Assembly: GCF_009914755.1 (NCBI RefSeq)
Contig: NC_060925.1
Length of the DNA: 64,000 nt
Source of the DNA: the human T2T-CHM13v2.0 reference genome, Homo sapiens
Reading direction: 5' to 3' (one strand)
The notes under the pieces were generated by a model. That model was not told the DNA's origin and searched no databases. It was given only the letters and a program-made list of their open reading frames with translations. Shown here piece by piece: positions 19,570 to 35,017 of the stretch (position 1 is the stretch's first letter; every line of letters starts with the position of its first letter). Made by a program: the position numbers and the translations under genes.

Positions 19570-19636
19570 TTGGTAAACATGTTCTATCATAATCTAATGA
19601 GTAAAAATCATTTATTTTGGCTTAAACTATTTACCA
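19570..19636 (-). tRNA. mt-tRNA-Arg pseudogene (NUMT), anticodon mutated
   Basis: TGGTAAATAGTTTAAG...AATGATTTTTACTCATT...TTACCAA between ND3 and ND4L. Confidence 0.85.
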
Positions 19637-19976
19637 ATTCATCCCGGTCTAATCCTTTTTGGGCTCATTCATGTCAAGCCTAGGATTAAAGTGGTAATTG
19701 TATAAGGGCTGCGCTGATTATTAGTGTCAGGTTGGTTGTTTGAAGGGCTCATGGCAGGGGTAGTAGTAGAGTGATCTCTGAGTCGAAAAGGAGGAATGTG
19801 ATGGCTACTAGGAAGAATTTTATGGAAAAGAGGAGGCAGGCGGAGGCTATTGGGTCAAATCTGCATTCACAGGGGCTGGATTTTTCTATATAAGTATTAC
19901 GCTGTGGGAGCAATGCAATTGTTATTAGTAATAGGGCCAGTAAGGTGTTGGTTACTAGGGCTAGTGTCAGGTTGAT
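19637..19976 (-). pseudogene. MTND3P: MT-ND3 pseudogene (NUMT)
   Basis: ATC AAC CTG ACA CTA GCC CTA...GAA AAA TCC AGC CCC TGT GAA TGC AGA TTT GAC CCA (degenerate EKS.PYECGFDP motif). Confidence 0.93.
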
Positions 19977-20038
19977 TACTCTCTTGGATATTATTGAAAC
20001 TGATTGGAAATCAATGGTATTGTTTATACTAAAAGAGT
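19977..20038 (-). tRNA. mt-tRNA-Gly pseudogene (NUMT)
   Basis: ACTCTTTTAGTATAAAC...TTTCCAATC...AAGAGAGTA. Confidence 0.85.
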
Positions 20039-20908
<870 letters not shown>

Positions 20909-21039
20909 TGACAGCAGGCAGGGTAGTGGTGTTGTCAAGTGGACTGATTCAAATTCAAATTCAGTCACTTAGTAGTTGTCTAACATCTGGCAAGTTACTT
21001 AATTTGAATTCAGTTTCTTTTCTTTTCTCTGTTTCTCTC

Positions 21040-21822
<783 letters not shown>

Positions 21823-21964
21823 CTAAGGGTTCATTCACACCCCTAAGGAGAAGCACTTAATGTCAAGAAAGGACTAGTAGTAACTTTCATGCATTTATTC
21901 AGATAATACCTTCTGATTGCCATCATGTGCCAGATGATATGTTAGGTACTGGGAATGAGTAAAA

Positions 21965-22927
21965 CCATATAAACCAAATGGTATCCAAGATAGGTGTCAA
22001 TCAGTTTAGAAAGTTTTTTGTGCTAGGGTTAAGAACACACCCATGACACAGCCTCAGGAGCTCCTGACAACATATGCCCAAGGTGGTCGGGGCACAGCTT
22101 GATTTTATATATTTTAGGGAGACATGAGACATCAATCAGTATATGTCAGATGTACATTGGTTCAGTCCAGAAAGGCAAGACAACTCAAAGTGGGGAGGGG
22201 CCTTCCAGGTCCTAGGTAGAGAAGAGACAAACTGTTGCATGCTTTTGAGTTTCTGATTAGCCTTTCATTGAATAAACAGTTTACAGCAGTGGTCCCTTAC
22301 CCCCAGGCCGCGGACCAGTATGGGTCTGTGGCCTGTTAGGAAGCAGGAGGTGAGCAGCCAGTGAGTATTACCGCCTGAGCTCCACCTCCTGCTAGACCTG
22401 TGGTGGCATGAGATTCTCATAGGAGGGTGAACCCTATTGTGAACGGTGCATGGGAGAGATCTAGATTGCTCCTTATGAGAATCTAACTAATGCCTGATGA
22501 TCCAAGGTGGAACAGTTTCCTCTGAAACCATCCCGCCCACCCCACATCTGTGGAAAAAATGTCTTCCACAAAACCAGCCCCTGGTGCCAAAAAGGTTTGG
22601 GACTGCTGATTTACAGGAATAGTCACTTATGCCTTAGTCTGGCTTCGTGAAACAATAGGGCAGAGCAAGCAAATCAGATGTGCATTTGTCTCACATGAGC
22701 AGAGGGATGACTTTGACTTCTGCCTGTCCTTTGTCTGCAAGGAATTTCCTCATGGGCAAATTGTGAGGGAGTGCGGGGCTTGCGGGGGTGGTGGTGGTGG
22801 AGGGTGGGGTGGGTATGTAGCTATCTTACTTAGGAATAGAGTGGGAGGCAGGTTTGCCCAAGGCAGTTCCCAGCTTGACCCTTCCCTCTGGCTTAGTGAT
22901 TTCGGGGAGATTTCTTTTCCTTTCACA
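21965..22927 (-). mobile_element. MER4A-family ERV1 solo LTR, interrupted by MER1B
   Basis: Ends TTTCCTTTCACA (TGTGAAAGGAAAA start on the minus strand); ACACAGCCTCAGGAG...CCCAAGGTGGTCGGGGCACAGCTT motif. Confidence 0.8.
22287..22608 (+). mobile_element. MER1B hAT-Charlie MITE
   Basis: CAGTGGTCCC...GGGACTGCTG termini; 8-bp TSD GTTTACAG/ATTTACAG. Confidence 0.85.
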
Positions 22928-23701
22928 CCTAGAACCCCGGCTCTCAGAGGGTTTATGGCATTGTGGGGGAGACAGATCTTCCTTGAGTCATCACTTACAC
23001 AAACGTACAACTGCAACCATGACAAGGGTCTCAAAGGAGAGCCTCGCAGTGAATAAGAACCTAGAGATAGATTTGACCTCGTCAGAGAGGTCAGAGAAGG
23101 CTTGAGTCTTCAGTGATGCCTGAGTCAAGATCTACCAAATAAGTCCATCTGGCAAAGAGAGGAGGGAAGAGTGTGCCAGGCAGAGGAAGCTGCAGGTGCA
23201 AAGGCCTTGTGGCAGCAGGGGGCATGGCTAGTAGGTGGGTTTGAATCATGACCAGCGTGGATGGAGTACAGGGTTTTCAGGGGGAGTGAGGTGTGAAAGT
23301 GACGCTGGAGAGTAAGTAGGAGTCAGGGCAGGCAGGGCCTTGGAGGCCACCCTGGGTCACTAGTGAATCTTTGAAGTAAGTGGCTACAATACCAGCATGC
23401 GGTTAATGATTGTATGTGGGTTTGAACATTTACAAGTTAGTAAATTATGTATAGCTGAAACTGAAGCAAGTTGTGAGGGTTTTCCTAGAAACCAGATGGA
23501 ATGCAGGATGGTACTAGTGTGTCCCTGTTTTGTCCACACATCAACAAAAGCATTAAAACTGGGCAGACGCCCAGCTCATCCTCCACCTCTGCTGCTCTGG
23601 GCCTACATCCTGGGGACGGCGGAGCAGTGCGCCACCCAGGAGATGTGGCTGGAAGCTGGGGAGTAGAGGGCATCCTCTGATCTTTCATGAAAACAGCCCA
23701 T

Positions 23702-24014
23702 GGCAGTGCACGGTGGCTCCCACCTGTAATCCCAGTGCTTGGGAGGCAGAGGTGGGAGGATTGCTTGAGCCCAGGAGTTCGAGACTAACCCAGGCAACAT
23801 AGTGAGACCCTGTCTCTACAAAAAAATAAAAAAAAGTTAGCCTGGCATGGTGGCATGCACCTGTAGTCCCAGCTACTCAGGAGGCTGAGGCTGGAGGATT
23901 GCTTGAGCCCAGGAGCTCGAGGCTGCAGTGAGCTGTGATGGCGTCACTGCACTCTGGCCTGCACAACAGGGCGAGATCCCATCTCAAGAAACAAAAAACA
24001 AAAAACAAAAAAAA
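23702..24014 (+). mobile_element. AluJ
   Basis: AluJ diagnostics; TSD-like AAAACAGCCCAT/AAAACCCGCCCAT. Confidence 0.85.
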
Positions 24015-24112
24015 CCCGCCCATGATCTGGCGTCTTACCCCCCGAAGAGCTGAGGAGATGTAAGTGTGAATAATTCTGTCTAATGGATTGCTATCATCCA
24101 TGTTCTTCTCAG

Positions 24113-24669
24113 TGTTAAGAACAGAGGTCCCAATCCAGACCCCAAGAGAGGGTTCTTGGATCTCATGCAAGAGAGAATTCAGGGCCAGTCCGCAGTGCAA
24201 AGTGAAATAAACTTGCTTTATTAAGAAAGTAAAGGAATAAGAGAATGGCTACTCCATAGACAGAGCAGCCCCGAGGGCTGCTGGTTGCCCATTTTTATGG
24301 TTATTTCTTGAGTATATGCTAAACAAGGGGTGGATTATTCATGCTTCCCCTTTTTAGACCATATAGGGTAACTTCCTGATGTTGCCATGGCATTTGTAAA
24401 CTGTCACGGTGCTGACGGCAGTGTAGCACTGAGGACAACCAGAGAGGTCACTCTTGCGGCCGTCTTGGCTTTGCTAGGATTTAGCCAGCTTCTTTACTGC
24501 AAACTGTTTTATCAGCAAGGTCTTTACAACCTGTATTTTGTGCTGACCTCCTATCTCATCCTGTGACTTAGAATGCCTTAACCGCCTGGGAATGCAGCCC
24601 AGTAGGTTTCAGCCTCATTTTACCCAGCCCCTATTCAAGATGGAGTTTTTGGTTCACATGCCTCTGACA
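24113..24669 (-). mobile_element. MER41A-like ERV1 solo LTR (557 bp)
   Basis: TG...CA termini, 4-bp TSD TCAG, CCAGACCCCAAGAGAGGGTTCTTGGATCTC motif; lacks the tandem GAS segment of MER41B. Confidence 0.85.
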
Positions 24670-25587
24670 TCAGATCAATGTTGCTTGTTATTACTCTTAT
24701 TATTGTCATCTCAAATCTGAAGAGTCACCAGAACAAACTTCCTTCTGCCCTTTGGTTTGCTCCCTCCCCTGGCTCCCAGCAGCAGGGGGGCTGCTGACAA
24801 TTCACAGATTAGTAGTTGACTTCCATGGGGGCTGGAGCTCAGGATCAGAGGCAAGCCCTTTTGACTCATGGTCGTGGGGTCCCAGCGTGAAGCTGCTCTG
24901 TGATTGCCCTGGAACTCAACATGTCAGAGCTGCCACAGGGAGATGGCAGAGGCTGCTTGGTAGCTGAGAACAAGGGAGACGCCCTGGGAGATGCTCAGAA
25001 ACAATCCGAGGTTCAGAAGCAGGGCCAGAGCCCCCAGGGATGTGAGCAGAGTGGAAGGAGCAAGGCATGGCCATCAGTATTCCGGCCCCAGTGTATTAAT
25101 ACCTACGGGCTGGGCGACCTGGGCATCTGAGCTTGCATTCAGAGGTGTCATAGGAGAGCCCCCTGGGGCCTGTGCTGCGGCTCCCTCCCCAACGGTGGTG
25201 TCTGATGATAGGGTTTTGCAGCAGGCTATCTCCTCCATCCATTCCTGATGGTCAGAAGGCAGGAGAGCCTGAGAGGACAACATCTCTGCCATCAAGTGGG
25301 AACTCGCAGTGGGATTCCTCACTGTCTTCCCAAAAGACACAATTTCCACAGCATTTGCGCATCTTGTTCACAGGGCCCTACCTGTGTGGTGCTGATGGCT
25401 TATTCTCCATCCAGATAGCCGAGGATCGTAGTTTGTATTTTAAAATGATGTCAAGCATGCTCTTAAAATGCCCCACTAGCGATGTTAGTTATCATTAATG
25501 TAATGTTAATGATATCCAAAGAGGAGTAAAAATTTGAGCAAAGTGCCAAAAAAGTAGGATTCTTGATTGCTAGTCACAAAGCCCAAC

Positions 25588-26105
25588 TTTTTATTGAAGT
25601 ATAACATACACACAGAAAAGTGCCCAGATCAAAAGTGTACAGCTCCAAGAATGTTCACAAACGGAAAGCACCCAGGTAACCGGCAACCAGATCAAGAAAC
25701 AGAACACCCCAGAAGCACCACCTCATGCCCGCTTCTGGTTACTGTCTTCTTAGGACTGATCTCTACTTGCAACCGCATGGATGAATTTTGCTGGGTTTTA
25801 AACTTTATATAAATGGAATCCTATGGTGCATTTTTGCCTTATCTCGTTCAACACTAGGGTTGGTGAATACACTCCAAGTTGGGGGTGGAGTTGCAGCTCA
25901 TTCCCATTGCAGTCTGGGATTCCATCGTGTGAATATACCCTAATGTGCTTATCCAGCCAACATGGGCATTGGGGTGCTTTCCTGTTCGGGGTTATTATGG
26001 AGAGTGTTTTTGTGAAGATTTAGAGCATGTCTCTGGATGAACACATGTACACATTTCTGTAGGGTATACACCTAGGGGTGGAATTGTTAGGTCATATATA
26101 TTTAC
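25588..26105 (-). mobile_element. Ancient L1M (L1ME-like) 3' end
   Basis: TTTATTGAAGTATAACATACAC...CAGATCAAGAAACAGAACA...TATACACCTAGGGGTGGAATTG. Confidence 0.7.
25590..25595 (-). terminator. Candidate distal polyadenylation signal AATAAA of GNG4
   Basis: tttatt on the + strand at the 3' end of an old L1; on the minus strand followed by CA dinucleotides and then a U-rich tract (TTTTTTGGCACTTT). Confidence 0.6.
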
Positions 26106-26758
26106 ATCCAACTCAAGCTCTTTCATGAAAGAAGAAAGAATGTACTGGATGGAGTTTGCTGGCTCAAAGAATTGACAGAAAACTAGAAGGGAGGTCTGTA
26201 GGAAGATAGGTGGAGGCGGAGACAGCTCAGCGAGTCCAAGGAGTGGAGCAGAAATGACATTCCCAGGACCCTGCCATCCCTGGACATTGCTACCAGTGGA
26301 CACACCATCCCTGCAGCCTGCCAGCCCTACCCACCTGCCTTGCTGTATGACTACCAACCCCGGACCACGGTGGCTTCCTTGAAATGAGTCTCAGCATCCC
26401 TTCATTTGTGTCACATTCTCCAGGCTCATAGCCCCAAGCAAGGGTCCAGGTAGTCCACCCCAGGTCAATGACCACTTCCCGACTGGTATGGGGCTGGAAG
26501 CGGGGTGTGCCTGAGAGACAGGAAATACTTCCCTTCTTCAGCTTCCACGGTGGGTACTGCACACCACTAAGTTTATATCTAAGGCATGATGTCCCTGCTG
26601 TAGGAAGGGAGGGGAGATGCTGGACAGTTAAGCTGAAAACACAAAAATGACAACTGTCCCCACAGCTGCACTCCACAATGCAAGCAGGCTTTATTCCATT
26701 CATCTTCCACTGACAGAGTGGGGGAGCTCAGTGACATGTCTGTGGATCTCACAGCTCA

Positions 26759-27115
<357 letters not shown>

Positions 27116-28401
27116 TCAGGATCACTCTAGGAAGGGTGACCCGTCCCCAAATGCCATAGGTCTGGAAGAGGTGCAGTAAAAGGACAGAAAAGCATCTCAC
27201 AGGGGAAGGTAAGGAAGAGAGGAGGAAAAGGAAAAGGAGAGAGAACAAAACGGAGGCTGAATCTGGAGGGACGGGGCATGTAAAAACAACAGGGAGAAGG
27301 TTTGGTGGAAGAGGAAAGCAGCATTTTTCTGACCTGATTTTGATGCTCTCTGTACGGCCCCGCTTTCTCGGCTTCTCTGATGTGCCTTTATGACTTGTGC
27401 TTCGCTTCATCGGGTTAATGATGTTGACGTGAAGCACAGAATAAAGAGATCCTGGTCATAACTGCACTATCAAAGGATCTGAGGTCCTAGCGTCACATCC
27501 AGCATACAATTCTGCTCTAGTTTGAGCATCTTAACAACACTGGTATTATTAGTGAGCTGATAATGAAACTAAGAATGAGTTTTAACAAAAGAAGCAAGGA
27601 ACAAAGATGTCCTAAATCCATTTACGAGGGCAGCAAGTCATTAATTGGTCTGGAAATTACATTTGCCTCTTTGCAGGCAATTTTATGCCTCCAACGGAAC
27701 CATGGTCTCTTTGAAGTCATCCATTCTTCCCTATATTATACCACGGCATTTAGTACATTTATTTGTTTTAAATGATAATCAGAGCTTTCATCTATGTAGC
27801 ATCTCTGTTTCCTCCCAGACAGAAAGGCAGGATAATTACCATTAAACCCAATTTGCAGGTTAGAACATTTCAGGCACAAATGGCCTGTTCTCTATCACAC
27901 AGCAAGTCTCTTTCAGAACTAGGGAGAGAGGCAGTTTCCAAATAAACAGAATAGAACAAACTTACACAAAGAGCTCTGCTCCCACTGTGTATTCTCCTCT
28001 TTCATCGGGATCATATGAGTTTGGTTTAGGTAGGACCTTCAGGTTGATCTTAGACAATCCAAGAGCTAATTCATCGATGTCTAGCCTTTCCTTGGGGCAT
28101 CCATGAATCACCTTCCTTAAACTACCAGAATACGGCTTCCTCCTGGAGAATGTGGGAAGTGAAGTGTGCCACGGGTTACTGCAACAAAGGTGTTTGCTTC
28201 ACGGTGTGCAGTTATGATAGTTTGTGGGTCTCCCTACCTGCAAACAGGTAGACCTGGAAGGTAGCACAGTTCAGGGGGCTAAGGGAACTCTGGGGCCGGG
28301 CTGCCTGCCCTCAAATCCCAGTTTTTCTGCTTACCATGTGTAACCTTGGGCAAACTACATAAACGCTTTGTGCCTCAGTTTCCCCTCACTCTAAGACATA
28401 C

Positions 28402-28707
28402 GGCCGGGTGCACTGGCTCACACCTGCAATCCCAGCACTTTGGGAGGCCAAGGTGGGCAGATCACTCGAGGCCAGTAGTTGGAGACCAGCCTGGCCGACA
28501 TGGTGAAACCCCGTCTCTACTAAAAATACAAAAATGAGCCAGGCATGTTGGCGTGTGCTTGTCATCCCAGCTACTAGGGAGGCTGAGACATGAGGATCAC
28601 TTGAACCTGCGAGTGGAGGTTGCGGTGAGCTGAGATTGTGCCATTGCATTCCAGCCCGGGCGACAGAGCAAGACTCTGTCTCAAAAAGATAAATAAATAA
28701 AATAAAA
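28402..28707 (+). mobile_element. Alu in GNG4 3'UTR (antisense to the mRNA)
   Basis: Alu consensus with TAAA-repeat tail. Confidence 0.88.
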
Positions 28708-28726
28708 CAGACATGCACTTATGGTA

Positions 28727-28732
28727 TTTATT
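28727..28732 (-). terminator. Candidate proximal polyadenylation signal AATAAA of GNG4
   Basis: Minus strand reads AATAAATACCATAAGTGCATGTCTGTTTTATTTTATTTATTT: hexamer plus GU/U-rich downstream element. Confidence 0.4.
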
Positions 28733-29143
28733 GTTGGAAGATTAAGTACCTTAATGCACACCAATGCTCAGATGACTTGGGGGCACATAGGGGACTGCTG
28801 TCACCATGCCTCACTCCTGCAGGGAAGGGGCTGCCCTACTAAAACCCCAGCGGGCCCAGTGCTGTGTCCAGAACAGGTCCTTATATTACTGCAGCCCACA
28901 ATGGAACTACTGAGTAGGAGCCAAAAGAGGAGGGAGCAGGAAGAGGTGGCATTTGGAGAGGGGAGACCGCACCCACAGGTCTGCCACAGCGCGTCAACGG
29001 TATGGGGTACTTTTACAGTCAAGTTGACTTCGGTGTCCGCCCACCATCTACCTTTGTAGGACCACTGAAACAAGGGACATCCACCACGGCCCACAGCCGG
29101 GGCGCCACGGCCCCAGGAGGATATGCTAAGAAAACCATTCCAC

Positions 29144-29487
<344 letters not shown>

Positions 29488-29987
29488 TTACTAGGATGAT
29501 GGAAATGCAGGAAATACAGAACCTCTGCAGCTGCTTTCTCCAGGAAAGGAGATGAAAACGTTATATGTTTCAGTTGGTCAAAATGCTCTAATTTGATACT
29601 GAATATTACAAATAAGGGATATTTAGGCATAGTTTTTTTTTTTAAATAAATTATCCACTGAAATGTATTAATATGATATAAACTTGGAAACTGATGTTTA
29701 AAAATTTTAAACTCTTAAGTCCAGACTTACTTTTACATGGCACATTTGTTATTTGGCTATAAACATTTTGATTTTCTTTGCCAATAATGAAAATAACATG
29801 AAAATGAAAAGGAAAAAAATGAAATTGAATGCCACGAAGAAAACAGATGGAAACATAAGACAAGCCCCGGCCACTGTTGGCTGGGCAGGGATGGGTGTTG
29901 GTCTCACTCCCTAAGGCTTAGAGCATGCATGGTCTCTACAGGGGACTTTGAAGGTCAGAAAAGGAGGCGTTTTCATCACACACGGAG

Positions 29988-30116
29988 TTAGAGAATGGTA
30001 CAAAAGAACTTCTTCTCGCGAAAGGGGTTTTCTGATGCAGGCACTGGAATGATGAGAGGATCTTCCCGCACGTGAGCTTCACAGTAGGCCAGGAGGTCCG
30101 CGGCTGCCTGGGAGAC
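29988..30116 (-). CDS. GNG4: GNG4 last coding exon (codons 34-75 plus stop, [42 protein letters not shown])
   Basis: G-gamma motifs DPL and ENPF, CAAX box CTIL (geranylgeranylation type). Acceptor ctctgctctgtgccctcacag|GTC; TAA at 29990-29988. 33+42=75 aa. Confidence 0.98.
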   Translation of the reverse strand, partial: VSQAAADLLAYCEAHVREDPLIIPVPASENPFREKKFFCTIL

Positions 30117-30599
30117 CTGTGAGGGCACAGAGCAGAGGTGCTCAGTTAAAGGCCCCTTTGCAGAGTGAGTCCAGGGAAGGGGTGTCCACGTACAGCGGGG
30201 ACAAGCCCTAGGGTAGGCTGTATTGTGTGCACGGCCTACGACATGGTCATGCCCAGGCTGGAGGGAGGGTTTGTGCAGATCTAGGAGACTGGTTCGAAGC
30301 GGGCCTCCAAGAAGGGGAGGCTGCCCTCGCATGGCAGGCCAGCATGGAGACAGGACTGAGGGCTGGCAGGAGGCCCAGACAGCCTTGATATATTCTCGAG
30401 TAGGTGAGGAGTGGAGGTTCCAGGACAGTAGTCTCACAATGACTTTGCTAAACCGTTTCTGGAAGACTAAAGCAGAAGGCAGCCCCTGGCCAAGCCAGTG
30501 TGATCATATTTATTATCATTATTAGTTGTTTTATTGCAATCCACTCTTGTGACCAACACAGAGAGACACTTCATCCTCCTCAACAGAACTTGTATTTAG

Positions 30600-31031
<432 letters not shown>

Positions 31032-32428
31032 TGAAGCCTGCTGGCGCATGGCAGTTGTGCATCAAACTGTCCCCAAGCTCAAGGCCAGAGGAAGAGCAGG
31101 TTGGGAGAGGGCGGGGTGCGGACAAGCATTTGCTAAGAGGGAGAGGCAGTTACCAGCTTATTTTGTTCATGGTCTGTGTCATGTGCTTGGCAGATAAATG
31201 GCCTGTGCATTAACTCATCCTGCCAATTAGGCTGTTCTGCCTGCGAGTATTTATTAGCGGATTACAGGCAGGGGTAAATACATAGCAGTCAAATGAAATC
31301 CTTTTAGTACATTCAATGTCTAAATCTTCCCCAGAATGATAAAAATGTTCCACAGATGAAGAAAAAAAATGTTTAGAAGCCTCCAGCTACACAGGCCATA
31401 CACATTCCCTTCTGGGTTTTAAAAATTGGCTCATCTTTCAGCATTTTACAGAGATTCTTCTGATTTTCAGACCTAACCGCTTTAGCAATGGCTAGAAATA
31501 ATTCCAGCAGAGATATACAATGAATCAACTAAACACATCACTCAAATAAATCAACTTGAAGTTTAGCAGATGAGTTAGTCTAAATCCTGACAAAACCTAC
31601 ATTTGTTAAGAATGTGGCATGGAGAAATGAGTTCCGGTGAACATCAGGCTTCTAGTTCTACCCCCGCCCGTAAGCTAGCTGTGTGACCTTGGGTAAGCAG
31701 CTCAACCTTTCTGAGCTTCACTTCCCTCATTTGTAAAATTCAGGAGCGTTGGAGAGCTCTAAGGTCCCAATTTACTCTAAGACGTCTATGATTCTACCTT
31801 TAATAGCATGGTCAGTATTTAAGATCCTAAAAACGTGTATGTTGAGTTGAATAGGAGTGTTTGAAGTTTGCAGTGGGTTACAGGACGCCCATATAGGAAT
31901 TTCCCAGATGGGTGAGGCTCAGGGGAAAACTGAGCCTGTGGGGGGCCTGTGAAGCCATCACAAGGAGCTAGAGCACAGGCTTAAGGAAATGGACTCTGAG
32001 GCCCACAGGGCTGCGATGGACACACAAGAGAATGGAATCACATGGTGAGTGCTGCAACTCAAAGCCGGTGGACTTGGGAGATTGAGCCCTCCCTTGCTGC
32101 CACCTTCTAAGGAAAGCCAAGTGCCCTCCCCAACTGCTGGAGTGATGACCTCCTTAGTTTCCACTCCTGGCTTCTCACCATGCCCAGAGATGCAGAAGCT
32201 GCTGAGGTCTGGGGTCTCCCTCATGGCCACCATGTTAGGACAGCCACTAAATTCATCCATTGACCCCTCTGGCAACCCCTGGGCAGTGGTCTTCACTGCT
32301 GCCTGGGCAGCACACACAAGGGCTGCAGTGTTGGAACAACCACATTCCTCCTCTAGGAGCCACTGTCCTCTTGGGTTTGCTAAGTCTAGGCCCCTGACTC
32401 CAGTGAGCTCTTCTGGGAGTTCCGTTTA

Positions 32429-32742
<314 letters not shown>

Positions 32743-33259
32743 GAACGTCTCGTCTGACTATCATGCCCTCTCCAGTTTTCTAGTTTTCACTTTTCCCATC
32801 TACTTCATTTTTTTTGGACATGCTCCAGTTTCATCTGAATTCTCTATAATCCTCGTTATGTCATTCAGAAAGGAAGTATTCACTATCTACCCTTTAGCTA
32901 ATTCAGAGGATGCAAGAGAAAGAATAAGGCAACAGTTTTGCCCTCTAGAAGATCTCACTGTGATCTCAAACATGATGAAGTCACTATAATAATCCATGTG
33001 TGCTGAAATGTCACAAAAGAACACTTGCACGCCACTGTGGATCCATGATGAGAGGCCAGGAGACGGGGCATCTGACAACCTGTCCAGTCCCAGACAGTAG
33101 AGGACACCTTGGTGAATCTGCCCCCTTTCTTCAGAGGGCAATCACTGGACTTCTGGGCCCAGAAACACAATTTCCTGGCACACTCAGAATAGATCATCTC
33201 TTGTGGCTGACCCATATTAAACAAGCTCAGGAGGCAGCTGGATAAAACCATAATACAAA

Positions 33260-34452
<1,193 letters not shown>

Positions 34453-34490
34453 GAGACAGCCAGAATTTGAAGCTAAGCTGTACTGTACTA

Positions 34491-35017
34491 CAGCCGTCCC
34501 CAACGTTTTCGGCACGAGGGAGTGGTTTCGTGGAAGACAGTTTTTCCATGAACTGGGGGTGGGGGGATGGTTTCAGGAGGATTCAAGTGCATTAGATTTA
34601 TCGTACATTTTATTTCTGTTATTACATTGTAATACATAATGAAATAATTATATACAATTCACCATAATGCAGAATCAATGGGAGGCCTGAGCTTGTTTTT
34701 CTGCAACTAGATGGTCCCATTTGGAGGTGATGGGAGACAGTGACAGATAATCAGACACAGGATTCTCATAAGGAGCTTGCAACCTAGATCCCTCAAACGC
34801 GCAGTTCACAATTGGGTTTGTGCTCCTGTAAGAATCTAATGCCGCTGCTGATCTCACAGGAGGCAGAGCTCAAGCGGTAATGCAACCAATGGGGAGCACC
34901 TGTAAATACAGATGAAGCTTTGCTTGCTCACCCGCTGCTCACTTCCTGCTGTGCGGCCCGGTTCCTAACAGGCCACAGACTGGTACTGGTCCATGGCCCG
35001 GCGGTTGGGGACCCCTT
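34491..35017 (-). mobile_element. MER1A hAT-Charlie MITE
   Basis: CAGCCGTCCCCAAC...GGTTGGGGACCCCT termini; TSD CTGTACTA/TTATACTA. Confidence 0.85.

Noticed and set aside
24113-24669. MER41 as an interferon-gamma/STAT1 enhancer
   Set aside because: The sequence runs GGATTATTCATG directly into CTTCCCCTTTTTAGACC and lacks the tandem TTCCNGGAA GAS segment of MER41B.
30117-30437. N-terminal extension of the 149-aa ORF containing the GNG4 C-terminus
   Set aside because: Open intronic frame upstream of a strong canonical acceptor at 30117-30118; no G-gamma similarity.
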